Shown here piece by piece: positions 52,220 through 64,000 of a DNA stretch of 64,000 nt. Made by a program: the position numbers and the translations under genes. Origin of the DNA: Octopus sinensis. Lineage: Eukaryota. The stretch is taken from contig NW_021834222.1 of the NCBI RefSeq assembly GCF_006345805.1, positions 8,816 through 72,815 of the forward strand, given 5' to 3'. Below the pieces are notes generated by a model that did not search any database, was not told the DNA's origin, and was given only the letters and a program-made list of their open reading frames with translations. Position 1 is the stretch's first letter; each line of letters begins with the position of its first letter.

Positions 52220-52303
52220 TGGTACGATCGTTTCGCACTACATCATTTTATTAAATGTTGTAAGTATTACAACAGTTTTAAAATGCTGAGCATTCATCAG
52301 CCA
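52220..52303 (-). ncRNA. Type-I hammerhead (H2), left arm; A at position 10.1 (A-C mismatch closing stem II)
   Basis: Reverse complement UGG-CUGAUGA-A...C-GAAA-C-GAUC-GUA-CCA. Confidence 0.65.
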
Positions 52304-52376
52304 TTGATAGAGGTCTTCCATTAATACATAATTTTCATATCATTAATATTATGTATTAATGGAAAACCTCTATCAA

Positions 52377-52460
52377 TGGCTGATGAGTGCTCAGCATTTT
52401 AAAACTGTTGTAATACTTACAACATTTAATAAAATGATGTAGTGCGAAACGATCGTACCA
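52377..52460 (+). ncRNA. Type-I hammerhead ribozyme (H2) with canonical core
   Basis: UGG-CUGAUGA-G[UGCU..CAUUUUA..UGUUGUAA/UAC/UUACAACA..UAAAAUG..AGUG]C-GAAA-C-GAUC-GUA-CCA; predicted cleavage after 52457. Confidence 0.8.
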
Positions 52461-52593
52461 AATTACCGGAGTTATTCTTGTTGCTTATTTTGATTATAAT
52501 CACCCCATGGATTTATATGGATAACACCATAAAGAATTCTGGTGCATCTAACTTAAGTACCATATTCATTTGAATCTAAATTTTGCTGAACTT

Positions 52594-52626
<33 letters not shown>

Positions 52627-52627
<1 letters not shown>

Positions 52628-52765
52628 CGACGGGCTTCTTCCAGCTTTCGTCTACCTAATGAACTCACAAGGCTTTCGTGGAAGACACTTACCCAAGGTG
52701 CCACGTAGTGGGACTGAACCCGGAACCATATGGTTGGGAAGTAAGCTTCTTACCACATAGCCACT

Positions 52766-52770
<5 letters not shown>
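52627..52770 (-). mobile_element. SINE family B, 5' part
   Basis: gaagacacttacccaaggtgccacgtagtgggactgaacccggaacc. Confidence 0.8.
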
Positions 52771-52802
<32 letters not shown>

Positions 52803-52863
52803 CTCAAAGAAATTCCAACTTGGGCTTCACGTTTTATTTACAATCTTATAATAATATATTATA

Positions 52864-53978
52864 TTGGGTTGGCAACTAAGTTCCCGCCGTTTTTTAAATT
52901 TTTGGAATTTTTTTGGTTTTTAAATTTTGGAACCTATATTTTTCGAGAATTCTATTGTTGAATCATTTTGGAATCTATTTTTTTCTGTCTACTAGTTAAT
53001 TGCAGTTAATTTTTGTGGTCCTTTCAAACAAATCAGATCATTATAATGGAATGTCAAGTTAAGAAAAATGAGCATTTTCGACACCTCTTTCTTTTTGCTT
53101 TTAATCAAGGTTCTAAGGCCACAAAAGCTGCTCGCGACATTTGTGCTGTGTATGGAGAGGGTGCCCTAACCGAAAGAACCGCTCGTGATTGGTATGCTAA
53201 GTTCAAAAATGGAAATTTTGACCTCAATGACGCACCTCGTTCTGGCCGTCCAGTTGAGTTCGATGAAGAGCGATTGCTCGTCACCGCTCAACTCATGGAC
53301 AGAAGCAAAGATTTCTTTACCGAATCGTTACTGGCGACGGAAAATGGTGCCTGTACATCAATATGAAGCAGCATAAGGAATGGATTAGCCCCGGTGAACA
53401 AGCGACACTGTGCGTGAAACAAGATCTTCATCCGCGTAAAACGATGTTGTGCGTATGGTGGGACTGGGAAGGGATTATCCTTTACGAATTGCTTGAACGG
53501 AACCAAACGGTCAACGCGGAATTCTATGTTCAACAGATGGAAGGACTCAACACGGCTATTCAAGAGAAAAGACCTAATCGGCTGCATGGAGTTCTTCTTC
53601 TGTACGACAATGCCCGCCCTCATATCACCAATACGACCAAGGAAGCCATTCAAACGCATGACTGGGAAGTGCTGCCACACCCGCTGTACTCTTCTGATTT
53701 GGCACCAACGGATTTCCACCCCATTCGATCTCTTTCAAATGCCATGCGCGGAGTTTCGTTCAATACTGATGCAGAATTGAGAGCTTGGTTGGGTCAATTT
53801 TTTGAGTCGAAATCGGGTGATTTCTACCAACAAGGTATTGAAAATCTTGTTGAACGTTGGGAAGAAGTTGTAAATAACAAGGGTGAATACATTATTGATT
53901 AATTAGTTGTTATTTTTTATCAAACCTTTTAAAAAATTTAAATTTTAAAAAACGGCAGGAACTTAGTTGCCAACCTAA
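52864..53978 (+). mobile_element. Mariner (DD34D) element, 1115 bp, internally deleted, with intact TIRs and TA TSD
   Basis: TIRs ttgggttggcaactaagttcccgccgttttttaaa / tttaaaaaacggcaggaacttagttgccaacctaa. MECQVKKNEHFRH...SGRPVEFDEERL, deletion, TGDGKW, LYDNARPH, HPLYSSDLAPTDFH, NKGEYIID*. Confidence 0.92.
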
Positions 53979-54073
53979 TATTATATAATTATAAGACTGT
54001 AAATATAACGTGAAAATCAAAGTTCGAATTTCTTTGAGTAATATAATCTTCTATACAAAATCATACATACCCG

Positions 54074-54181
<108 letters not shown>

Positions 54182-54310
54182 ATGTATATATGTATAGTAT
54201 ATATATATATATGTCTATATATATATATGTCTATATATATATATGTATATATGTATATGTATATATATATATGTATGTATATATATATGTATAATATATA
54301 TATATGTATG

Positions 54311-54342
<32 letters not shown>

Positions 54343-54348
54343 TTATAT

Positions 54349-54401
<53 letters not shown>

Positions 54402-54990
54402 CACATATATTTATACACACATGTACAAATATGCGCATACACACACACAAATATGTCTTGCCATAATACTGGGTTACAATTTTCTCTCCAAAATGGTGAA
54501 TTTTTTTCCAGTGTTACTAAGTATGTATGATGTTTGTATTAAACGTATTGAAGATCGAACTCATTGAAAATTCAGTGATTATACTAGTTTTGAATTCTCT
54601 TTCGCTTCTTGTAAATGTTACAGTTTATTCCTTTCTATTTAAACTGTTTTACAGCTTCTGTTGACATGTTTCCAACTGCTGGAGTTGATTAAATAAAATA
54701 ATTTTCATTTCCGAAGAAATCGACTTCGTTGACATTTTGAAACTCAACCTGGAAAATATTTAACAAAATATAGAATTTAAATATGACATTAATTTAGTTT
54801 AGAATGTGGTGCATCTCATTGTGGAATTGAAGGAAAATATAAGGGAAATGAAAAATCATATCGGAACCGATGAGATGGTGTTTCTGTTGAGGGAAAGAAA
54901 ATAAATAATTTTAACTCAAAACCAAAACCGTGTGAAATGAAACCGTGTATATAGAATACCGTGTAAACCGGGGGTATAACTGTCTATATA

Positions 54991-55790
54991 CAGGATGTGT
55001 CAATTATATGAGAACGTAACTTTTAAGAAACATAAGTTGCCTAAATTTTAACTAATTGTCCCCTTTTCCGGTTCTCGTTTTCTTGTTGCCTTAGCAACCA
55101 ACCCCAGTGGTTCTGAGATTACAACCTTCTTAAATACTACTAACTCTTCATATTTAAGATCAAAAAAGTGCTTCTGGCTTTTGGTGGGAATATGTATTCC
55201 ATGGCCAAAAGAGAACATTCTCGATGGTTAGACATTATCAGGAAAGCCGAGTTTGTCCAGCCAGTCCAGGTCATCATCAACAAGAATCCCACCAAGTCAC
55301 TGAAGGCGATTCCCAATCACCTCTCTGTGACGGAGTTAACAATTAGACATGTGGTGTGGAAAGAATTTGAGTACAAATCCTATTTTATGAGAAGAATGCA
55401 GTTCATGTCTGATAAGACCCAGGAGGACCGTGTGATCAGGTTGAAGCACTTGTTGACCGAACTCAAGTACCCCGAGGCACCCGACATGCTCTGGTTCTTC
55501 TCAGGTGTCCAAGATCATAAAGTGAACAACCCCACTGAAGTCCCTGCTGGATTGCACACTAAGTAACCATCGTTTGTGAATGTCTTGGGGATCATGAGCA
55601 ACAAGGGCCATGCCATGACTCCTCACATTTTCCCACAAGGTTTCAGAGCTATGAAAACAATGGGTGTTAAGCCCTCAATTGAGAGAGTTGCTGGAGGAAG
55701 GACTTACGCCCAGCGAAACTCTTCTTCCTCTCACACAGCCTGCAAGACTCTAGAGTGGATGGCCAATATTTTGCATTCCTACCTTCGCAT
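54991..55790 (+). mobile_element. DD37D (maT)-like Tc1/mariner relic
   Basis: NPTKSLKAI..LSVTELTIRHVV..EYKSYFMRRMQFMS..LKYPEAPDMLWFFS; VLGIMSNKGHAMTPHIFPQG; VKPSIERVAGGR; TA-caggatgtgtc left end. Confidence 0.65.
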
Positions 55791-55943
55791 ATATTGGTAT
55801 AACATTCTATGAGTCGCAGAGTGTGTTACAACTTCTCTCAGCAGGTATGCAGGATAAGATATGATACAATATTTGACCTATGTTGATATTTTTCAGTTAT
55901 TTATAATTACACCTTATAATTATGATATATTCTTTATATAAAC

Positions 55944-55988
<45 letters not shown>

Positions 55989-55990
<2 letters not shown>

Positions 55991-56160
55991 CGCAGGTGTG
56001 GGTGTGTTGTAAGTAGCTTGCTTCCCAACCACAGGGTTCCGGGTTCAGTCTCACTGCGTGGCACTTGGGCAAGTGTCTTCTACTATAGCCTCCACCGACC
56101 AAAGCCGTGTGAGTGGATTTGGTAGACGGAAACTGAAAGAAATCCGTCGTATGTATATAC

Positions 56161-56255
<95 letters not shown>

Positions 56256-56470
56256 AATATATATATATATATGTGTGTGTGTGTGTCCTCCCAACATCAC
56301 CTGACAACCGATGCTGTGTGTTTAAGTCCCCGTAACTTAGCGGTTCAGCAAAAGAGACCGATAGAATAAGTATTAGGCTTACAAAGAATAAGTCCTGGGG
56401 TCAATTTGTTCGACTAAAGGCGGTGTTCCAGCATGGCCGCAGTCAAAATGACTGAATCAAGTAAAAAGAG
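55989..56470 (+). mobile_element. SINE family B, full-length with expanded internal (TA)n
   Basis: Same blocks as 20427-20815. Confidence 0.9.
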
Positions 56471-56535
56471 AACATTTTAGAAAAATAAATGAGTGGACAT
56501 TTTATCAGTGAGTGTGTTAAATTATAAGGCACCAT

Positions 56536-56572
56536 ATTTTACGTTTCGAGCCTATGCTCTTCTACAGAAAGG
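56536..56572 (-). ncRNA. Minimal hammerhead motif family H3 with CUGUAGA core variant
   Basis: UUU-CUGUAGA-A-GAGC/AUAG/GCUC-GAAAC-GUA-AAA. Confidence 0.5.
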
Positions 56573-56614
56573 ACGCAGAAAAAACAAGGAGAGAAAAAAA
56601 TGTGTGTAGTGGCT

Positions 56615-56687
<73 letters not shown>

Positions 56688-56693
56688 ATATAC

Positions 56694-57130
56694 ATTAGAC
56701 AAAATGAGATAACTTAGCCAAGACGGTGAGGAGTATTCAGAACATTATTTATAAGGAAAAAGATATATAGCCTTACAGCTGTTTCTGGGATATTTTGGAT
56801 ATCCCTTCATCAGAGACGATGTGAGATGGTTAAATAGAGGTAAATATTTGACCATCTAATATCGTCTCCGATGAAGGGATATCTACAGTATACCAGAAGC
56901 AGCCGTAAGACTGTAGCTTTTTCCTTATAAATGTCCTGAAAACTCCTCTCAGCCTTAGTTTTGTTATCTCATTTAGTCTAATATATATATGCATGCTAGT
57001 GCAAGACCCACATTAGACTCCTCACTCGTATCACTATCGAACTAAGAGTTTAAATACGGTCTGTCCATAACACTTACTTAGCGTTACCTGACACTCAAGG
57101 GTCTTCTAGATACCAATACTTCTCATATAC
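56694..57130. mobile_element. Second H1 composite: ~290-bp palindrome (56694-56982) plus ~140-bp body
   Basis: Arms attagac.aaatgagataac... / ...gttatctcatttagtctaat. The reverse complement of 56990-57130 aligns with 1311-1445. Confidence 0.75.
56770..56817 (-). ncRNA. Type-I hammerhead motif (H1), intact core
   Basis: GUCU-CUGAUGA-A-GGGAUAU/CCAAA/AUAUCCC-A-GAAA-C-AGCU-GUA-AGGC. The opposite arm (~56864-56910) is mutated (CCGAUGA, GAAG). Confidence 0.65.
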
Positions 57131-57269
57131 AAACGTCAGGTGGTGCGTTCGATCCCTAGATCGAGTTGTGTGCTGTGTCCTTGAGCAACGTTTTTCCTTT
57201 TCTGTTACTCCTTTCTACTCAGCTGAAAAGGTGTACGATCCCATTGATGGTGCGAGCCCTCCACCTCTC

Positions 57270-58745
57270 CATCTAACAAAGATATCCCAGTCTTTGGAAA
57301 CGCGCTGTAGTGTGCCCGATTCTTTGCCAGGAATCAACCAGTCGCATTCGTTTCTAATATCTGAAAGGTAACGAAAACAACCATCAACAACAGTCTTCTG
57401 CAAAACCACACTGACCCTTTGCACGGCATTTATACCTACCAGTTCCACTGGAAATTTATTCTTCTATGCTGCGTGCTAGTGCTCATGCTCTCCCGAAATT
57501 TGCCCAGAGCTTTTGACGATGTTTGGTACTCAAATCTCTTAACAAACCCTTGCCTCCATTCATTTCTCTTATCTTGGATTGATAACTTCCTGTCACATGA
57601 TGACAGACTTCTCTTTGATCTAAACCTTATCAACTCTGCTGTGCCCTAGTGCTCAGTTACCCACCCCCACCTTATTATTCCTCTTACACATCAATAACCT
57701 ACTGAATCCCGCCTCTAACAATACACATACTCAGTCACCTACAGACAGCCCCATTTTACTCCATATACGAAGTCCCTGAGAAATAAAAATCAAAAACGAA
57801 AAAAAAAAAAACTCGAATGATGTCATTTCATCTTGTTTTATTCACCAGCACAAAGACAATGAAAGAAAACGACCCCTCGCTGTAGTTGACACTCTAAACT
57901 TCCCTGAAGATTTTCCCCGGTGAACATGCATGTCATCACAAAGTTTGGCCTTACACTTCTTCAGAGCCCAAAATACTTAAGTCTCCAACAACTAGTAACC
58001 AACTTCAAAGGTCAAATGAGAGCAATAACGGTGTCCTTTGCCTACAACAGGGACGGCGGTGCTGCATGCATAGACATGCTAAACTTTATCCAAATATCCA
58101 AAGGAAGATAAGTTGCTTGAGAGACAATGAAGGAAGTCACTCAGCAACGCACTCCTACGTTTGCACAATTTCTCCTCTCTTTCTAAGGCGGCGAGCTGGC
58201 AGAAACGTTAGCACGCCAGGCGAAATGCGTAGCCGTATTTCGTCTGCCGTTACGTTCTGAGTTCAAATTCCGCCGAGGTCGACTTTGCCTTTCATCCTTT
58301 CGGGGTCGATAAATTAAGTATCAGTTACGCACCTGGGTCGATATAATCGACTTAATACCTATGTCTGCCCTTGTTTGTCCCCTCTATGTTTAGCTCCTTG
58401 TGGGTAATAAAGAAATAGGTATTTCGTTTGTCTTTACATTCTGAGTTCAAATTCCGCCGAGGTCGACTTTGCCTTTCATCCTTTCGGGGTCGATAAATTG
58501 AGTACCCCGCCTTTTCCTCCTCCTCCTCCATTTGCCAACCTTACTGTACCATCTACCCAGTCCACATGCTAACCGCTGCTTCAAACCCTTCCTCCCCAAA
58601 ACGTACTCCCTCTGGAATTCCCTTCTTTCTCTCTACATATATTCTTCGACAACTCTTCAAAACAGAACCTAACGATTTCAGTTGCCCCGGCGGTGGGGCT
58701 GTAAAGGCTATGTCACAGCTCCTTACCTGTAGTCTATTCAAAAAT
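57270..58745 (+). mobile_element. CR1/L2/Jockey-like LINE RT relic, interrupted by a SINE
   Basis: RAFDDVWYSNLL...LSWIDNFLS...INSAVP*CSV (cf. KAFDKVWH...SWI.NFL...NSGVPQGSV); 3' FLPKTYSLWNSL. Confidence 0.6.
58187..58500 (+). mobile_element. SINE family A, head plus one unit plus a partial second unit
   Basis: Same aaagaaata|ggtatttcgt junction at ~58417. Confidence 0.88.
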
Positions 58746-58834
58746 CATGGCCGAAGTGTAATTAAATTCTTATTAAACGTGAAGGTTGAAAACCGAGCAA
58801 AATCTGAGAAAGGGGAGGAAGTAGTAAGAGAGAG

Positions 58835-58865
<31 letters not shown>

Positions 58866-60135
58866 TGAGAGAGAGAGGGAGGGAGAGGAAGAGCGAGGGA
58901 GAGAGAGAAAGATGCGCTTCAAAGATGGGGGTTTTGAGCCAAGTGCTTAATAAAAGATTTGCGCCCTGAAGTATATAAGAAGCAAGTGTAAGAATTAAAT
59001 CTATTTCAATAAAAATTTTGCGCCTTCCTAAAACGAAAATCAGATTTTAAGATGAACATTTTGGATGAAAGAATCCATAATAACGATATAAAGTTCAAGA
59101 GCCAATGATAAATCTGTTCGACCAGTAAGTCGACAATAAAGTTAAGATGGCCACCACTGGACTTTCCCGTTATCTGTAAATGTTTCATTGATCGTCTGCT
59201 AAGTTCGTGACTCAACAGAACTGGTTTTGGATATTCAACAATAACAGAAGCAACATAAAACATTGAAAGCCAAAACTTATAGTGTTTTGTTATTTAAATA
59301 TTTAAATATATCTCCTATACAAATAGAATACAAAAAAAAAGTAGATAAAATTTCACCCCAGGGGAATGCGTAAGCAGGTGTTGTTTTGTTTTGATCGAAT
59401 GCCTTATTTTCTGCTGTCTAAGGCTGTGAACTAAAATTCAACTGGTTTGGCGAAGCAATTGCATAGACACATGCACACACATACATTGACACATACATTC
59501 AGACACACACAGACATACACATACATGAATGCATACATGCATGCATGCATATTATTTACGTACATACATGTATACATACATATTCACACACACACGCACA
59601 CACACGTGCAAATATACCAGTATATATCCACAGTAGTATTCATACTAGCATATCTGCATGGAGATATTTAAAAGGATTGGCTTCAAGTCCACACCTGCTG
59701 CCGATTACACCTCCACTCACTAAACATAACATTCCACCAATCATAAAAGACTCTTTCCCCTTCCTCTCCAGATTTCTTCACCAAAATAGCATCTCATTTT
59801 GTTTCGTTAATGGACAGTCGAGTTCTTTCGAGAAATTCTTGCTTCAATTAAATACTGACCAACTGCAACATATTATTTTCCTCACAAATTGAAAAATCCA
59901 TGTAATTTTGAAGAATCTCTGTAATGGAGCCGCCGCTCTTTCAGGTTATTTCTGGCAGGTTTTCCACTCGTTCTGCCATTGTTATTGTCCTTATTGCCTT
60001 CCTTACTTTTTGTTTTTCGTTTCTTTTTCTGGTTTTCTCTTTTCTTCCTCTGCCTCTTCACACACCCACCCACCCACCCAGCCACTCACACACACACGTG
60101 TATGTTTCTATGCAATATGTATATATGTATGTGTG

Positions 60136-60188
<53 letters not shown>

Positions 60189-60197
60189 CTGTGTGTG

Positions 60198-60283
<86 letters not shown>

Positions 60284-61204
60284 ATATGTTTTCGTCTCTA
60301 CATCAGTCCACCATCGATTTACGTGCGGTATTAAATGAAATGCGAAGCAACCCGTTCCGGTTGAATGCATTATCAACTGCTTCAAGATAGCTGACACGCA
60401 AAGTAGCAAACATTTATAGATCGCTTTTCAGTGCAGAATCCCGACCATATTTTGGTCGGACGTGGAAGAATGGTTCGACCAAACGCTGTTCGTTTCACTC
60501 TATTATGACAGGTCATTTGAAGAGTCAGCCGAGAAGGGAGAGTCACCTGCTCGCTTTTTATTCGCTCGCTTGCTTTGTTGCTTTTTCTCAATACACATAT
60601 ATTATAAATATACTTGGAATAAAAACATATATACACACAATCACACATACATGCATACACACACACACACATATATACAAACGCACGCGTTTATAAATAG
60701 TATATTATATACTTTAATGCATATAACTCTAGGCATACACGTGTAAGTGCATCCATCCATCCATCCATCCATTCATCCATCCATCCATCCATCCATCCAT
60801 CCATCAACCATACATACATACATACATACATACATACATACATACATACAGACATACATACAGACATACACACACACAGACACACACACATACGTATGCG
60901 ATTGATTGTCAGCGTGTATAAAAATGTGTGATACACCTAAAACTTTGTCTTCTCTAAACACGCAATTCAAGCTTCTCAGAGAAAGATGGTAGGGTTCATT
61001 TACTATACACAAAAGTTTACCATGCATTTCAAATTCTTCATTCGACACACACACACACACGCATGTGCGCGAGCGTGTGTTTGTTTTATTTGAATATTCC
61101 ACGACTGTGCAAGTTTTGTCTTTTTTATTTCCACTTTTTCATATTTCTATATTAATTTTCTTACACTGAGTTTGGAACAATAAAATGGCTTAATTCATAT
61201 CTGA

Positions 61205-61269
61205 CGTTTTTCGGCCTTCACACTTTCATTTTAAAGAATCTAACATATTTGGCGTCCCTGTTTATATAT

Positions 61270-61313
<44 letters not shown>

Positions 61314-61396
61314 ATATATATAATATATATATATACTCTCTCTCTCTCTCTCTCTCTCCATTCTGCTCTCCCTCTTATCTCTATTTACCTATCGAT

Positions 61397-61432
<36 letters not shown>

Positions 61433-61514
61433 ACACAATTTTAGGTATACATAGATACGTTTTTCGGTCTTCACACACTTTCATTTTAAAGAATCTAACA
61501 TATTTGTCGTCCAT

Positions 61515-61558
<44 letters not shown>

Positions 61559-61655
61559 TATCTCTCTCTCTCCCCCATTCTGCTCTCCCTCTTATCTCTA
61601 TTTACCTATCGATGCACACACACACACACACACACAAGTTTAGGTATACATAGAT
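61205..61655. repeat. Tandem duplication of a ~253-bp microsatellite-containing unit
   Basis: cgtttttcgg.cttcacac..tttcattttaaagaatctaacatattt...ccattctgctctccctcttatctctatttacctatcgatgcac occurs at 61205 and 61458. Confidence 0.85.
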
Positions 61656-62625
61656 GCGGGCGTGGCAGTCTGGTTAAAAAGCTTGCCTTCCAGGAATGTG
61701 TTCTGATTTCAGTTCCTCTGCCTGGCACCTTTTCTGTCATAGCCCCGGGTTTACTCCGGCTTTTCATTAGCTTTGGCAGATGGAAATTGAAAGTGTGTGT
61801 TTGCGCGCGCGCGCGCGCGCGTGTGTGTGTGTGTTGTTTGTGTTTGTGTGAGGTCAGTCCTATGTCTGCTACTGGTGCCTTGTAAGCCAGTATCAGCTCT
61901 ATCTCGTGTTCGGGCCGTTGCTAACTCAATTGGAAACTTCACACGAGATATTTTTCGAAGGCGAGAAGGGTGCGTGAACATCCTCCAGGAATAAAAGTAA
62001 ATCTACGAAAGGGACAGAACAGTCTGCGTTGGAGTATCAGCCATTCGCTACAACTGCTTCCATCTTCAGTTGTCGAAAGCTCCTTACTATTTGACTCAGG
62101 TGCAGAGCAGACAGATCTGTTGCTTTAGAGACGCTCAGTTTAATTTTGCGGCTGTGAGAGAGTTGCACTATTCATCGTTTCGACCGCTGATTATAAAACG
62201 TGACTCCGTTTGGGTGATTTTCCTGACTCACCGTCTCACCCCTGTAAGCTAACCCGTGGCATAGTTACCCATTTACAACTGGGTATCTGTAATTAAAATG
62301 AAGGTTTTGCTCAAGAACACAATGTGCAGCCAGCGTGAGAAACGAAACCACGATTTCGCTGTTGAGTGCAACACCTTTACCGCTCGACCACGCACCTTCG
62401 CAACCAGAGTTACGATGTACCTTGTCGGGATTAAATTAAGTTGCTGACTAATCGAGTCCGATTCATGATTACCATTCCGAAGATAAAGCCTTGAAACCTT
62501 ACTGTAATCTAACTTAAATAAAGGATGCAGGGTAAACCCGCCAGCCTTGCAACAAATTGTATCATCGTCCCCAAAATACGATGAACACGGTGTTGGGCTG
62601 TAAAAGAAGAAAGTTTGAACAAGTA

Positions 62626-62980
62626 GGGGCAGGAGTGGCTGTGTGGTAAGTAGCTTGCTTACCAACCACATGGTTACGGGTTCAGTCCCACTGCGAGGCA
62701 CTTTGGGTAGGTGTCTTCTACGATAGCCTCGGGCCGACCAAAGCCTTGTGAGTGGATTTGGTAGACGGAAACTGAAAGAAGCCCGTCGTATAGATGTATA
62801 TATATATATATACATATATATATTGTTTGTGACAATGAGTGCTGATGTGTTTACGCCCCCGTAACTTAGCGGTTCGGCAAAAGATACTGATAGAATAAGT
62901 ACAAGGTTTAGAAAGAAAATGTCCTAAAGGTGGTGCTCCAGTATGGCCACAGTCAATGACTGAAACAAATAAAAAAGAAT
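62626..62980 (+). mobile_element. SINE family B
   Basis: ggggcaggagtggctgtgtggtaagtagcttgcttacc... Confidence 0.88.
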
Positions 62981-63137
62981 AAAAGAAAAGAAAAAAAAGG
63001 CACTTTGTTACGTTCCAACACAAATTTGAAAACTTTTCAGAAACTGGATTTGGAATTATTCCGGTTTTATCATTGGTTTAAGGATTGAATGGAGTTAATG
63101 TGTTCAATACCGTTGTACGACCCAAGAGTTCCAGCAC

Positions 63138-63189
<52 letters not shown>

Positions 63190-63214
63190 ACATATATATA
63201 TATATATACTCTTT

Positions 63215-63603
63215 TTACTTGTTTCAGTCATTTGACTGCAGCCATGCTGGAGCACCGCCTTTAGTCGAGGAAATCGATCCTCAGAACTTATTCTTTGTAA
63301 GCCTGGTACTTATTCTATCGGACTCTTTTGCCGAACTGCTAGGTTACGGGGACGTAAACACACCAGCAACGGTTGTCAAGCGATGTTGGGGGAACAAACA
63401 CAGACACACAAACACACACGCACATATATATACATATATACGACGGGCTTCTTTCAGTTTCCGTCTACCAAATCCACTCATAAGGCTTTGGTCGGCCGGA
63501 GGCTATAGTAGAAGACACTTGCCCAAGGTGCCACGCAGTGGGAATGAACCCGGAACCATGTGGTTGGTAAGCAAGCTACTTACCACACAGCCGCTCCTGC
63601 CCC
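63215..63603 (-). mobile_element. SINE family B, inverted relative to 62626-62980
   Basis: Full set of family-B blocks on the minus strand. Confidence 0.9.
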
Positions 63604-63609
63604 TACTTG

Positions 63610-63655
<46 letters not shown>

Positions 63656-63957
63656 TACAAATCGCTAAAACATTTTTCAAAATATTTTTCTCTTATTGTT
63701 TCAGCAAATCTTTCGCTCTTTCGCTCTCTCTCTCTCTTTCACACTCACTTTCTTTCTCTCCCTCTCCCTCGCTCCTTCTCCCTATCTCAATTTCTCTCTC
63801 TCTCTCTCTCTTCCATATATTTTCCACCTTTTCCGAACCGCTCAGGTTTTTTTTCCAGCTGACTTCTTTCCTTTCTGTTCTTTCCCAACTTCCGGCTCTT
63901 GCTAAAGCCTTCATTTTGTTTCTACTTCATTTCATTAACTTCATTACTCTCAACTTT

Positions 63958-63997
<40 letters not shown>

Positions 63998-64000
63998 TCC

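Larger units (their letters stand above)
52182..52498. mobile_element. ~317-bp near-perfect palindrome carrying a hammerhead on each strand (family H2), next to (TA)n
   Basis: ~151-bp arms with only 2 mismatches by manual comparison and a ~15-nt loop. Confidence 0.92.

Noticed and set aside
57903-57940. CUGAAGA...GAAC-AUGCAU-GUC motif
   Set aside because: No stem II or stem I pairing; it lies within the CR1-like relic.
59006-59263. 85-aa ORF as a possible host exon
   Set aside because: No recognisable domain, no convincing splice-site pair, and no other supporting exons.

Overview
Eukaryotic, AT-rich and saturated with microsatellites and transposable elements. The SINE families and repeat landscape point to an octopus/coleoid cephalopod genome (inference). 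I could not support any host protein-coding exon, real tRNA/rRNA or CRISPR array, and almost all listed ORFs are translated microsatellites. Recognisable content: (i) three tRNA-derived SINE families (called A, B, C here), with A forming head-to-tail multimers that share a fixed junction; (ii) decayed Tc1/mariner elements (DD34D mariners, a DD34E Tc1, a DD37D/maT-like relic, MITEs); (iii) LINE relics: two L1/Tx1-clade copies ending in (TATC)n arrays, an RTE 3' end, a CR1-like relic, and an ORF1-only (CCHC) element inserted with an 11-bp TSD into a SINE tRNA head; (iv) a ~3.8-kb tandem duplication that may be an assembly artefact. The most interesting signal is a set of about a dozen type-I hammerhead-ribozyme motifs, from at least 5-6 sequence families. 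The intact ones have palindromic mini stem III, typical of Penelope-like-element/retrozyme hammerheads. Several sit in long DNA palindromes lodged in (TA)n/(CA)n tracts, the best being a ~317-bp near-perfect palindrome at 52182-52498 with a canonical hammerhead core on the + strand and a near-canonical one on the - strand. All alignments and folds were done by eye and coordinates of decayed elements are approximate.
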